Assembly (NCBI RefSeq): GCF_009914755.1
Contig: NC_060932.1
DNA length: 64,000 nucleotides
Direction: 5' to 3' (one strand)
Origin: the human T2T-CHM13v2.0 reference genome, Homo sapiens
In this document: positions 18,202-34,127 of the stretch, one piece after another
Layout of the letters: each line of letters begins with the position of its first letter
How positions within the stretch are numbered: the first letter of the stretch is position 1
Notes under the pieces: generated by a model
What the model saw: the letters and a program-made list of their open reading frames with translations, nothing else
Databases searched by the model: none
Told to the model about the DNA's origin: nothing
Position numbers and translations under genes: made by a program

Positions 18202-18399
18202 CTTTACTTGCTTTGTGGATATCTTTCTCCATAGAGCAGGCAGAGCAGCAGTGCTGAGGACAGCGGAATCCTTTTGATTCAAAGATGGCAGTGGGGAATT
18301 TGCGGACACAGGCTTCATGATAAAATTTCCCACAAGCACCAACAGAACAACGCTTCACATCTTTACCAGACACTTTACACGAAAAACATGGGTGCTGCC
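18202..18399 (-). CDS. NSD3: NSD3 exon 13, PHD2 and start of PHD3
   Basis: 198 nt, tccag|GG ... AAAG|gtaaaa; QHPCFSC...CGKFYHEAC...CPQHCCSAC. Confidence 0.95.
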
Positions 18400-18699
18400 C
18401 TGGAAAATTGGTGAGGAATACAAATTAAATAAAATTGACTAAAGCATATTCAAGTAGAAGCAGCTACAGACATCAAACAGCTACTCCTAAAACAGACTCT
18501 ATTACTATACTTAAGAATTTAATGCACAAAAAAAATTTAAAATAAATGCTAAATTAAAATTATGTTTTAAATTTTGCTAGAATAATTGATTATCAATTTG
18601 GAGACAGAATACTAAAAACAATTTAGATCTCCAAAACTGATTCCATAGAAAAGCCAGAACAGAATTTGTTTGACATCTGGTAGCAGACAGCAGCAAAGT

Positions 18700-20600
<1,901 letters not shown>

Positions 20601-21493
20601 TAAGAAGAGCTCCGACAGAACAATGGTATGACAGATTTGTACTAAAACACACACACACAGACACACACAAAGGTTTACAGGGCTACACGTCAAACTGACA
20701 ATGGTTGTCAGGACTGGAACTAAGTAAGGGCCTAGGATTAAGACTGATGATCGAGGGTAACATCAGCAAGAACAGTAATTATAATATTTTCAAAACAATG
20801 TGGTTATGTTTTACTTGTGTAATTAGAAATAAATTTAAAATATTAACAAATGATAAGAATACTTTTAACACCACAAAACATAAATGGATAAGACACATAA
20901 ACAGATAATTCACAAGAGTCAATAAAGATACAGAAAGAAATGTTTAAGCAAAGAACTGCAAATTATAATAACAAACTTGTCAAATGTTTATTGGTCATCT
21001 GAATATCATCTTTCGAAAGTGTTCAAGTCTTTTGTCCACTTTTCTTATAATGCCTGCTAAAAATCTGAAGGAAAAAATATAAGGGATAGTTTTGCTTTTT
21101 TACAGAAAGTTAGGTGAACTGCATTATTGTTCTTTGATTCTGGAAGTACCCAATCTTTACAAATTTGCTGAATTATAAAAGTTCTTTAAAATGAGTAGTT
21201 GAAACTGTGATGTTCACTTTTTAAATTGTTTTGCAGAAATAAAGTACAGTAAGGTGGGTTTTTTTTGGTCCCATTGTAAATATGTAATTTCAAAGTACAT
21301 TTTTTCACCACATGGTTAAGGCCAATAAAGTACATTTTACCATGTATATAGATATGAAGGTAATTATATATTTTAAAATAACTTTTAAAAGTTTTAAAAA
21401 TTAAAAAAATATATTTAAAAGGTAGGAAGTTTGACTTCACAGATTGGTTTAATAAATAAACTACTCTCTGTAAAAATAAAATAGGACTTCAGA

Positions 21494-22600
<1,107 letters not shown>

Positions 22601-22974
22601 AAGAAGTCAGTCCATCGGTCCAGAGTCAAGGACCATGGGGGAAGTGGGGAAAAACAGAATAAGTAAAACTATCTGTTACAGAACTCTTTTTGGAGACTTA
22701 TTCTATTGTACATTTTATTCAAAAGGGCAAATAAAGATGCTTTCTTTCCAGAAATCACGTTTGACTTAAATAATAGAAAGTGGTAGTATAAGAACATATT
22801 AGGTATGTACCTGCAATACTTCTTACATGTGAAGTGTTTATCTTTTGTAAACAAAGGAAAATTGCCTAAATGACCTTAAACAATGGTTTGAAGAATCACA
22901 GTTCTCACTTCTAATATGTTAGAAGTGTACCAAATAGGTACTAAACTAATTTTCATGTCATTAATTAAAAGCAC

Positions 22975-25195
<2,221 letters not shown>

Positions 25196-25435
25196 CCCAA
25201 CTGTTTTTTATTAAAAATTTTTTTTCATGCTTACTGATAACATCCCATACTTAACTGTTTTTAAAGCAAATTTCCCTCTTAAATTTTCTAATAGATGTGT
25301 ACCAAATTAAATACACCTAGCCTCTGTTGGAAGAATTCTCCTGGATTCTAGAGTTAGGAGAGAAGCCCTAAGAGTGTTTTAATACTGAGATATATGGTCC
25401 TTCCTATCAATATCTTAAATCAGGGATTGCATACT

Positions 25436-25845
25436 TGATATACTTTGGATATTTGTCCCCACCCAAATCTCCTGTTGAAATATAATCCCCAATGTTGGAA
25501 GTGAGGTCTGGTGGGAGGTGTATGGATCATGGAGGTGGATCCCACATGGCTTGGTGCTGTCTTTGCGACAGTCAGTGGGTGCTTGTGAAATCTGGTCATT
25601 TAAAAATTGTGGCCCTCTCCCTCAACTCTCTCTCTTGCTCCTGCTTTTGCCATTTGAAGTGCCTACTCCCACTTTGCCTTCTGCCATGATTGTAAGTTTC
25701 CTGAGGCCTCCTCAGAAGCCAAGCAGATACTGGCACTATCCTTTCTATACAGCCTGCAGAATTGTGAGCCACTTAAACGTCTTTTCTTTATAAATTACCC
25801 AGTCTCAGGTATTTCTTTATAGCAATGCAAGAAGTCCCTAATACA
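25436..25845. mobile_element. MaLR solo LTR (MST-like)
   Basis: TG...CA ends, 5-bp TSD atact, typical tttataaattacccagtctcaggtatttctttatagca 3' part. Confidence 0.88.
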
Positions 25846-26499
25846 ATACTTGAATGCTTAAAGGGGCCAGGCAGCATATATAAGTGACTGGAATGACTGA
25901 ATTTTAGAAAAAGGAATAATGGGGAATGTGAGGAGCCAGGATTACATGCTCTATCCGTGTTCAAAAATGAAAATGCATTCTGAAGGCCAAATAAAACGAT
26001 GTGCAGATAATATGACCCCGGGGCTGCCAGTTGGCAAACTGTTCACAAGTTTTACTGCAGAGTCTAAATGTGATGAATAAAATATTTTATAAGGGGAAAA
26101 TTTTAAGTTATATGTTCTAAACAGCTTCCATAGCTTAGTTTATGTACATGTGTGTGTGTATTTGTGTGTGTGTGTATGTATGTGAATGAATGTGTATTGG
26201 GATATATGACATATGACTTGTGATGTCCATCCTATTCACCAGGGCAGTAGAAGACCATGGTAAAGAAAAAATAAATCTGGAGTCCAGCTGCCTGGGTTTA
26301 AATCACAGAGTCATCATGGGCTATCTTTGTGACTTTGGGGAAGCTATTAAACTCTCTAATCCTGTTTCTCCTTCTGCATAATGGAAATCATAATAGTACC
26401 TATCTCATCATGGATCAAATGAAATAGCAGGAGAAAATGCTTAGTACTTGTAGCACCTAACATTTAGTAAGTCAGTGTTCAGTTAAAAAAAAAAATTAC

Positions 26500-26761
26500 T
26501 TGGGAGGCCAAGGCAGGCTGATCACGAGGTCAGGAAATCGAGACCATCCTGGCTAACATGGTGAAACCTCGTCTCTACTAAAAATACAAAAAATTAGCCA
26601 GGCGTGGTGGCAGGCACCTGTAGTCCCAGCTACTCGGGAGGCTGAGGCAGGAGAATGGCGTGAACCTGGGAGGCGGAGCTTGCGGTGAGCCTAGATTGTG
26701 CCACTGCACTCCAGCCTGGGCGACAGAGCGAGACTCTGTCTCAAAAAAAAAAAAAAAAAAA
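26500..26761 (+). mobile_element. 5'-truncated AluY-like, next to a MIR-like fragment (~26240-26470)
   Basis: Alu consensus; flanking aaaaattact repeat. Confidence 0.85.
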
Positions 26762-27601
26762 TTACTAACTTTTTGTCTGAAAGATTTTAGGAGGCATACA
26801 ATCAAATAAGAAAAGATAAAATAAATATCTGTAAGAATCCAAATAAAAGGAAAAGAAGGAGTAGAAAAATAATAAAGAGTCAAAGGTAAGATCAGCATAT
26901 CATGTACACTTGCTATCTGATTGGCTTAGTTCCTCATAGCTAAAACAAAGCAAAACAAAAAACACATCAACATGTTTCCTAGAAGCACCACCATGTCATC
27001 TCCAGTTATTTTTAATTTGCCATGTTGTGACAGATTAAACAACTACGACTTGCTTTCCATGATATTAACCAGAATTATGGCTACAGAGAGAAGAAATATA
27101 AACTAGCATATTTATTTCTCTACAAATTATTTTAGTAGGTGGTAGTCTATGTATAGTGAGATAAGAAATAAATGGTGAATCCCAAGTTTAAAAAATGATT
27201 TCCAGTAGCTCCAAATTTCCACTAGAAATATAATCACTGTAGTTATGCACTGATACTTCTTCCAGTCTCTTAAAGAACTTTAAACCAATTTATTGAGCCC
27301 CCAAAATCTCAAATCCATCTGAAAAATAACTCAATTAACATACTTTATATAACTCTTTAGATAAAACACAAATTCATCTTGGTAATTTGACAGGTTTTAT
27401 GGTAGAAGGCACCAGTAGGAGGAAATTTAACTACTTTTTAAATCTTGAAGCCAAATCTTAATTTGTTGAAATACCTTTGGGAAGAGAGGAGGAGGGCTAA
27501 TAAAAGTGATGGGAACAAGATGTCCTAGGAGAGGTTGTCAGTGCACATTCCTGGCACAATCCCATTCATCTTTTCATGACTATCGAAATAAGTCATCTTA
27601 C

Positions 27602-27728
27602 CAGTTTTACATTCCATGCAGATGAACTTGCTATCAGGAAGTGATGCCAATCCCAGGCACTCCAGGTGAAAGTGTTTGCAGCACTCTCCCTCACAAGGAA
27701 TCAGAGAGTCACCAGAGCTTTCACAAAT
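27602..27728 (-). CDS. NSD3: NSD3 exon 12, PHD1 (ICESSGDSLIPCEGECCKHFHLECLG...CMECKT)
   Basis: 127 nt, tacag|ATT ... CTG|gtaaga; PHD Cys/His spacing. Confidence 0.94.
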
Positions 27729-27748
27729 CTGTAATATGGCAAAAAGCA

Positions 27749-27930
27749 GTGGTTCTCAAACTTTGGCAAACATCAAGACCACATGGGCGGCTTGTTAAAC
27801 ACAAATTACCGGGTCCCTCACCCACAGACTGTGATTCAGTAGGTCTGGCGGGGGCCCCAAGAATGTGCATTTCTAATATGTATCCAGAAGATGCTGATAT
27901 TGTTTGTCCTTGGCCTTCACTTTGAGAACC
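27749..27930. mobile_element. MER5-like non-autonomous hAT (Charlie) element just upstream of the exon 12 acceptor
   Basis: cagtggttctcaaa ... tttgagaacc terminal inverted repeats. Confidence 0.78.
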
Positions 27931-28370
27931 AGAGAACTAGACAATTACAGTATTTCCAGATACAATATGGTATAAAGTTTAAAGTCATACTTGATCTTTT
28001 AGGATTCCTTCTTTGGGATCTGCATATTTAAGTTTTCTTCACAGGGCAAAGCAGTATTTTTTCAAGAACGGTAAAAATACACTGAGAAAGTTATTACTTT
28101 AAAATTTTGAATTTAAGAAAGTTTTTCCAATCAGTCATCTGCCATTTACTTCCAATTAATTATAGTATATCACACTAAAGATTGGCATGTGGGTAAGTAT
28201 TCCAACTCAGAAAGGGAAAAAAAGAACCACAAAGAGGTTTTATATCTGTAGCTTTAAAGTAATATCATAATAATTTGGAAACATATTATCCTCTTCAACA
28301 GGAGTTAAGTCTATTACTGGCAGAATATAATAGCAATTATTTCAAGCCATAGCACCAGTTACCTGCCTAC

Positions 28371-28499
28371 CTGACATACAGTGTCCTTCTTACTCATTCC
28401 AGTGCCTCTTCTCGACAAACTTGAATCCATGGACTGCACATCAGAAACGTCTGCATCTGCAGTAGCTGAAGGGCTATCTACTTGCTTTCCAAAGCCTAC
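28371..28499 (-). CDS. NSD3: NSD3 exon 11 (VGFGKQVDSPS...KKDTVCQ)
   Basis: 129 nt, tgtag|GTA ... CAG|gtaggc. Confidence 0.93.
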
Positions 28500-28866
28500 C
28501 TACATAGAAAACATAGCATTTTTAAGAAAAACAAAATGAAAATTCCCTCCAAGATAAGATGCTATGAAAATCCTAGTAAGACTTGCTCAAACATTAGATC
28601 TTGACACAACCACCTTTTTCCTTCCTTTCTTTCCAAAATCCACAGATATCATAGGTCTGCTGTTTTGGGAAAAACTGTAGTTAAAATTACAAACAAACTA
28701 TAGTTTTGTTATATAACATGAGAGCAAAAGAATTAAGACACTCAAAATAAACAAAGTGATTTTTTTCTATGAGTATTTTTAAAATGTCCTGATTTCCCCA
28801 AATAAATAAGGGAAAAGCATTATGTTCAAGAAAGAACACTTTGTCCAGACCCTTGCACATATTTAC

Positions 28867-28997
28867 CTGCAGGTCACTCAGTCCTCTAGAATCGGAGTCA
28901 GATGTGTCTCTGTATGCTGAACTAGTCATTTCTACATCAGTTGAGGCGCGACTCCTTTTCTTTAGAGGTTTACAGGAATCTGAAATCTCGCTGGCAC
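28867..28997 (-). CDS. NSD3: NSD3-long exon 10 (ASEISDSCKPLKKRSRAST...GLSDLQ)
   Basis: 131 nt, ttaag|GT ... CAG|gtaaat. Confidence 0.93.
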
Positions 28998-29411
28998 CTT
29001 AATACAACACACTGAAATTAATCCTAAAATAGTACTTAAGGTTTGTTTTAATTTTTTTGTGTGTGGGAGAATATTTTCTTTTCTCAAACTCATCTTTAGT
29101 GTGGAAAAAGCATAGCTCTCTTTGTAACACTGAAATAATGAGTCAAAACTTCAGAACTTCTGACCTTCCTGGTAGTGACTGATTTAATTTACAACCGCTC
29201 TATCAAAACATTTAATTCAGTTCTCCTCTCTAAAGCTATTTTCAGTCAACAGAGCCCACGTTCCAACCTAAAAATCAATTCTATGAAAATTGCAGGATAG
29301 CTGATGGATTTGGAGCAATTCAAAGAACCATTCAATTTGGAGGGGGAAGACATAAAACCCAACACACTGTGTAGCTTACAAATATGGTTGCAGAGACATC
29401 TCCATCTTGTT

Positions 29412-29417
29412 TTTATT
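29412..29417 (-). terminator. Candidate polyadenylation signal (AATAAA) for NSD3-short
   Basis: Plus-strand tttatt; followed on the minus strand by GU-rich gtgtgttgggttttatgt (~29367-29350). Other AATAAA candidates at 29566-29571 and 30602-30607. Confidence 0.6.
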
Positions 29418-29751
29418 AGGGATGTGACAAATCTTTGATTTGTATTCGATTCGTACACGGATAGTGCCATTTTCCCCCAAATTTTGCAATTCAGTTGATT
29501 ATTGCCCCCCAATAAAATTTGGATGTTCATAATTGTTCATCTGAGACTTCCTTGGTGAAGTGGCATTTATTGTGACCATTAACAAGCGCTGCAGCACATC
29601 TACATATGTCATGCCATTTAGAAGGCACATTGCTGAGGGCTGTAAATGGACAATCAGTGTTCAAGTGCAGCCAAATCACGTAGAGCTGGATGGGAAGGCC
29701 TCTATGTGGAATTTGTGCGGGAAGAAATAAATAGGAAAAAAAAGGCAGAGA

Positions 29752-31223
29752 ATAGTGTGGAATTGTTTTTTTTAAAACTGTGTGTAATACAAATCCAGCC
29801 AAAACAATAGTGCAAAAAGTTACAAAGCAACAATCTCTTGGGCTAATGCAGTATAGGCTATACAGAAACAGCCACGATGAAATGTGCAGATCAGGCACGG
29901 TGAATACCAAGGAACCAAGGAGACGGTTAATATTTCAACCCACAGTTTGTGTTTTGGATTTTTTCCCCCAAAATTTCCATACAACAAACAGACATCTAGA
30001 TCAACCCAGCAAGCTATGGTGGAAGTGTGCAGTCCAGAAGAGCCCATGGAGAAACAAGTCTCCTGAGGCCATGAAGATCCGCAACAGGCTGAGTGAGAGT
30101 AGCACTTGGAACATAGCCACGTTCTGTGGTGGAGGAGGTGGGCCTCGTTAGACTGCTCAGATTACTGGAACCTCGTTATCACATCCCATTCTACAAGTTT
30201 TTCACTGAATGTTTCCTGACATCTATAAATGAGGGTGCCTGCCCATGTTAATGCTGATTAAAAAACACAAGTACACAAATCTATCTCCTTCATTGCTGGT
30301 GTATGGACCCAGAACACCATCACAAAATATTTCCTTGGCCTAAAAGATCACTGGATTAACAAGGAGTTTTAACAGAGGAACAGGAGTGCTGTACTGAGAG
30401 GCTTTCGAAGGGAAACACAGGTACCGCCATTTCCGATGAGTTTCTGAAAATGCTAGAAAAATGACAGACTGCCAAAGACAGCTGTCATGCTGTTCTCCAT
30501 GATAACGGCACTAATATTAAAAAAAATAAGAACTTTTAATGATTGTAATGTATACAGTTTGGGCTGTTTGGCAAACCCCTGCAGATGTGCATTAATGATG
30601 CTTTATTTAAAAACAAAAAACCAAAAACAGTCCATGTTGAAATTGATCAGTGTAAGTTAAATGGTGGTTTTTAGGCTGGACCCATGATTTAAGCTGTACC
30701 CATCCAGCTCAAACCGAAAAAAAAAAATCATTTGACTGTTAAAGCAATTGTTCAGAGTCTTGAAGAAGAAACCAGGCAGGAAAATGCCAATAATGATGAT
30801 TGGCGAAATCAAAATCGAAAACAAAGAAACTGTTTATCAAGCCGCCGACAAAGAAATCTTGCATGGAGACTACAAGTCTGGAGTTTCTGGGATGAAATTG
30901 TACAGGAATCTCAGTCCACAGTTTCCTCAATCGCTGCGGAGACGGAGCTGTCACTGAATCTGACAGAGCCCTGCACTCCCCGGTCCGCCGACCCTGTGGA
31001 ATGGTGGAAACACAACGCAATCAGGCCTCCTAATCTCGCAGCGATCGCGATGTCTTTTCTTGGAGCTCCGCCAAGCAGTGTTCCCTCCGAGAGGCTGTTC
31101 AGTTCTGCTGAGGATCTCCACGGAGACCATCGCTGCAGACTTCTCCCCGAGAATGCAGAGAGGCTGTTGTTTTATTTTATTTTTAAATAATGCAATTTGC
31201 CCAGAGTAAACTACAGGTATTAA
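29752..31223 (+). pseudogene. Decayed hAT transposase (BED finger, DDE core, C-terminal dimerisation domain)
   Basis: IVWNCF 29752; PRSVVEEVGLVRLLRLLEPRYHIP 30117-30188; SISFIAGVWT..FLGLKDHWI 30280; VLHDNGTN (D at 30501); CLAN/LQMCINDAL 30565; LDP*FK 30676; DPVEWWK..PSSVPSERLFSSA..RLLPENAERLLF ~30990-31172; NLPRVNYRY* to 31223; several stops and frameshifts. Confidence 0.88.
30911..30993 (-). CDS. NSD3: NSD3-short alternative terminal exon, coding part ((G)SADRGVQGSVRFSDSSVSAAIEETVD*)
   Basis: Acceptor ccattccacag|GG at 30994/30993, TGA at 30913-30911; summed CDS 1938 nt = 645 aa, which fits the recalled NSD3-short length and C-terminus. Confidence 0.92.
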
Positions 31224-31849
31224 ATACAGTTTGATCTCACCAAAAACGCACGAATCATGCTATGGAGTTTGTACTGTAGTCAAATTGCACACAGAAAATA
31301 CAGATATAAGTTTAAGCTTTCTTAAACTTTGTGCATATCTCAAATAGATTCGCATAAGGTCATCTAATAGTGGCCATAAATGCTATGAATCATTTTAATT
31401 TACAAAAAGATTTTACAGCACTGTAAAAATAAATGTGGCAAGATTTTTTCAATCAGCTTGTCTTGTCTGATTTGTCATAGTCCATGTTTGACAAACATGA
31501 ATAGCTACTATTCGGTATTCAGTCGAATACCAAAAAAAGTGGATTCGTCACATCCCTAGTTTATAAGCCAGTGAAACCCCAGAATCTTATGGAGAAAAGT
31601 TGGAAACAGTATCAAGTCTACGTTGTGTTCTCCAATTTACCAAAACAAGTAAGACTTTTCACGTGGAGGTACAGAATAAGATCAACTCTAAAAGTCACAC
31701 ACACACACGAACACTGGGGAATACTGCAATTTCACACTGAAGAGCAACAACGATTTACAGAGACAGACAAAAATACATGAAGTACAAATAATTCTTAAAA
31801 ATTGGTTTTAATCAAGGAAATGCAAAGCAACATTATAATATTAACTCAC

Positions 31850-31895
31850 CTTTCTGTAATCCAGTCTTCACTGTAGCCTGAGGAACTGTTTCAAC
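31850..31895 (-). CDS. NSD3: NSD3 exon 9 (VETVPQATVKTGLQK), last exon shared by long and short isoforms
   Basis: 46 nt, aacag|GTT ... AAAG|gtgagt. Confidence 0.92.
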
Positions 31896-34026
31896 CTGTT
31901 TGGACAGAAAAATACAGCATTAACAAAGAATTTTTTTCCCTTTTAATTATTAACAGAGGGAAAAGATACTTTCATCAATCTAAGCAATGATGAGTGATTA
32001 ATGTATCTGAAATCTGAACTCAGTCCCATCTTTTGGGTAAAGTTCTCTGTCTCAAGATCAGGGAGGGTTTAAATCCTAGCTGCCTGTGCTGAATATCAAG
32101 TGACAACACACAGCCACATGCTCTCTAGCAAAGACTTTTCCCACCATTCCCTTGGTATATGAAGAGAACAAGAATACTTTCCTCAGTGTCTGGAAGGCAG
32201 GAGAGGGGTTGTTTCTGCAACCGGCCCCAATGTTGCTAAAAACCCCTCCCGCCCCAAAGACGTTAGGATAAATTTTTACTTACTATGATACTCAGGTTAA
32301 TGTAACTCACGCCACTTTAAGACCCTTCCGCGCCTGCACTCACAGCTAAGTTGCTGGGAATCAGGACCCTCTCTGTAGAGAGTGCTACAGGGCTCCATAC
32401 AGCTGGAAGCTCAATACTTTTGCTGCTAGTACAAACTTAAGAAAATAAGTTTGTGATATTGCAAAAGCACTTTCTTGAGTGTCTTATGAACAGTGTCTTG
32501 ATCCTACATTAGGAGAGCGAGATCAGAAGTTATTCTGCCAATGTATATGTAAAACACGTGGTAATTTGAGGATTGAACCATTGGAATTAGAGAAAGGAGG
32601 CTGTTTGGAGGAGTTCCTGTTTAAGCTATAAATTGAATTTCATGTTTCTTTAAGATGTGGTGAAATATGAATGTTGAAACACATTTTGTAAATATTTAAG
32701 GATTGTTCTAAGCTTTTTAAAAAAAATTTTATTTTTTTTACAACAGGTAAAAAAACATACAACAGAAACGCTTTTATAAGATACAATTAGTAATACAAAT
32801 ATAAAATCTTCTAAACAATCACTGGTATTGTTCTACTACTAACTATAACACAGTGGCATTAACAATTTGTCCCACTTTTTATACTCATTCTGCTTATTAG
32901 TTTAAAACTGACTGGTCACAGACTGATTTTGGGAACCAGCTGGCAAAATCACAACTTCATTTTGGTAATGAATAACTATAGATTTTCAAGAGCTTAGAAA
33001 GATTTTTTGGAATATAATTTCCTAAGTATGAAATATGAAAGTTAATATGATAAATGAATGACAAATTAGTATACTATTTAAATTTTAGTTAAATATTCTG
33101 GAAAAACTGTTTCACTTGCTTGGTGATACCACAGAGCACCCACAAAGTTAGCTTTTAAATTTGGAAGTTTAAAATCATGAAGGAAATATTTTAAATAGAA
33201 AAGCTCACATTCTTCCATATAAATGGTTTAAAAAATATAAAACTTATTGGAACTAATTCTATTCAGAATTTGTTTTGTTTGCTAGCAGGTGTTTAGGCTG
33301 TAAGAATGGATATTCTTTAACAAAAAAATTAAGAAAAAATCTGATTGTGAGTTTAATTTAAAGAAGAATGGCTTCTAAAATTTTATTTGAAAAGTTGATT
33401 TAAATGTATCTTACTACATTGATTACACTGGTTTAATACACTTCAGTCAAAATGCAACCCCCCCACACACCTTTTTTTACCTAAATATTATTTATCTGAC
33501 AACCTGATATCAGGTGAATATTCCACTGGGAAAATAACATTCCAAAAAATCTGCGATATTAACAGAAAAAACAGATCATCTATGAATATCTGCTTCTTAA
33601 ATATAAGAATATAAATTAAATTGATTTGTTTAAAAAATAAAAAACAATATATACCAGCAGCTTAAACCAAAAATCAAACTTAAAAAAAAAAAAAGGAACT
33701 CAATGATGGTTCCAAATAAAAATCATAAAAACATGAAATCATTCTGCTGATAACAGAAACTTCTAAATAAATGTGAAGGATTTTTTAAGTCTTGCACCAC
33801 TGGCTTCCCATCTCCTGAAACCTGTTTTCTGTGAAAATGCTTGAAGCAGAATCACAGGGATGGCTGTATTAAAACTGAGCACTGGAACCCACCAGGACAG
33901 AAGCGTTAAGATAGTCCAGAAAGGAAACTCAGTGTGGGGGAAAGTTTCTCTTTCTTTTAAGACAGGAATGTAAGCCACAACATTTACAAATACAATGTTT
34001 TAACTCTCTACATGTAGGAAGCCAAC

Positions 34027-34127
34027 CTGCTCCTTTTTGATCTTCTTCTTTGGCACAACCTCAGTGGATTTCTCTGATTCAGAACGAGTTCTAATTGATC
34101 TTCTCTGTTGCTTCTTTTCTACTGAGC
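34027..34127 (-). CDS. NSD3: NSD3 exon 8 (SVEKKQQRRSIRTRS...KKKIKKEQ)
   Basis: 101 nt, cttag|GC ... CAG|gttggc. Confidence 0.92.

Larger units (their letters stand above)
29417..31558 (+). mobile_element. Ancient hAT-superfamily (Ac/ZBED-like) DNA transposon with both ends, internally deleted
   Basis: TIRs tagggatgtgacaaatc (29417-29433) and gattcgtcacatcccta (31542-31558), 16/17 match; flanks gtttttat/gtttataa (6/8); colinear transposase motifs inside. Confidence 0.9.

Noticed and set aside
25850-26040. Possible MER102-like DNA element split by the MST LTR, and several MIR/L2 remnants elsewhere
   Set aside because: Too degenerate to bound or name reliably by eye.
29780-30151. 123-aa + strand ORF
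   Set aside because: Drifts in and out of the fossil transposase frame; no coherent domain.
30732-31190. 152-aa + strand ORF as a functional domesticated ZBED-like gene
   Set aside because: Starts at TTG, upstream domains carry stops, frameshifts and a deletion, and no promoter is visible. Kept as a pseudogene; translation is only a testable side hypothesis.
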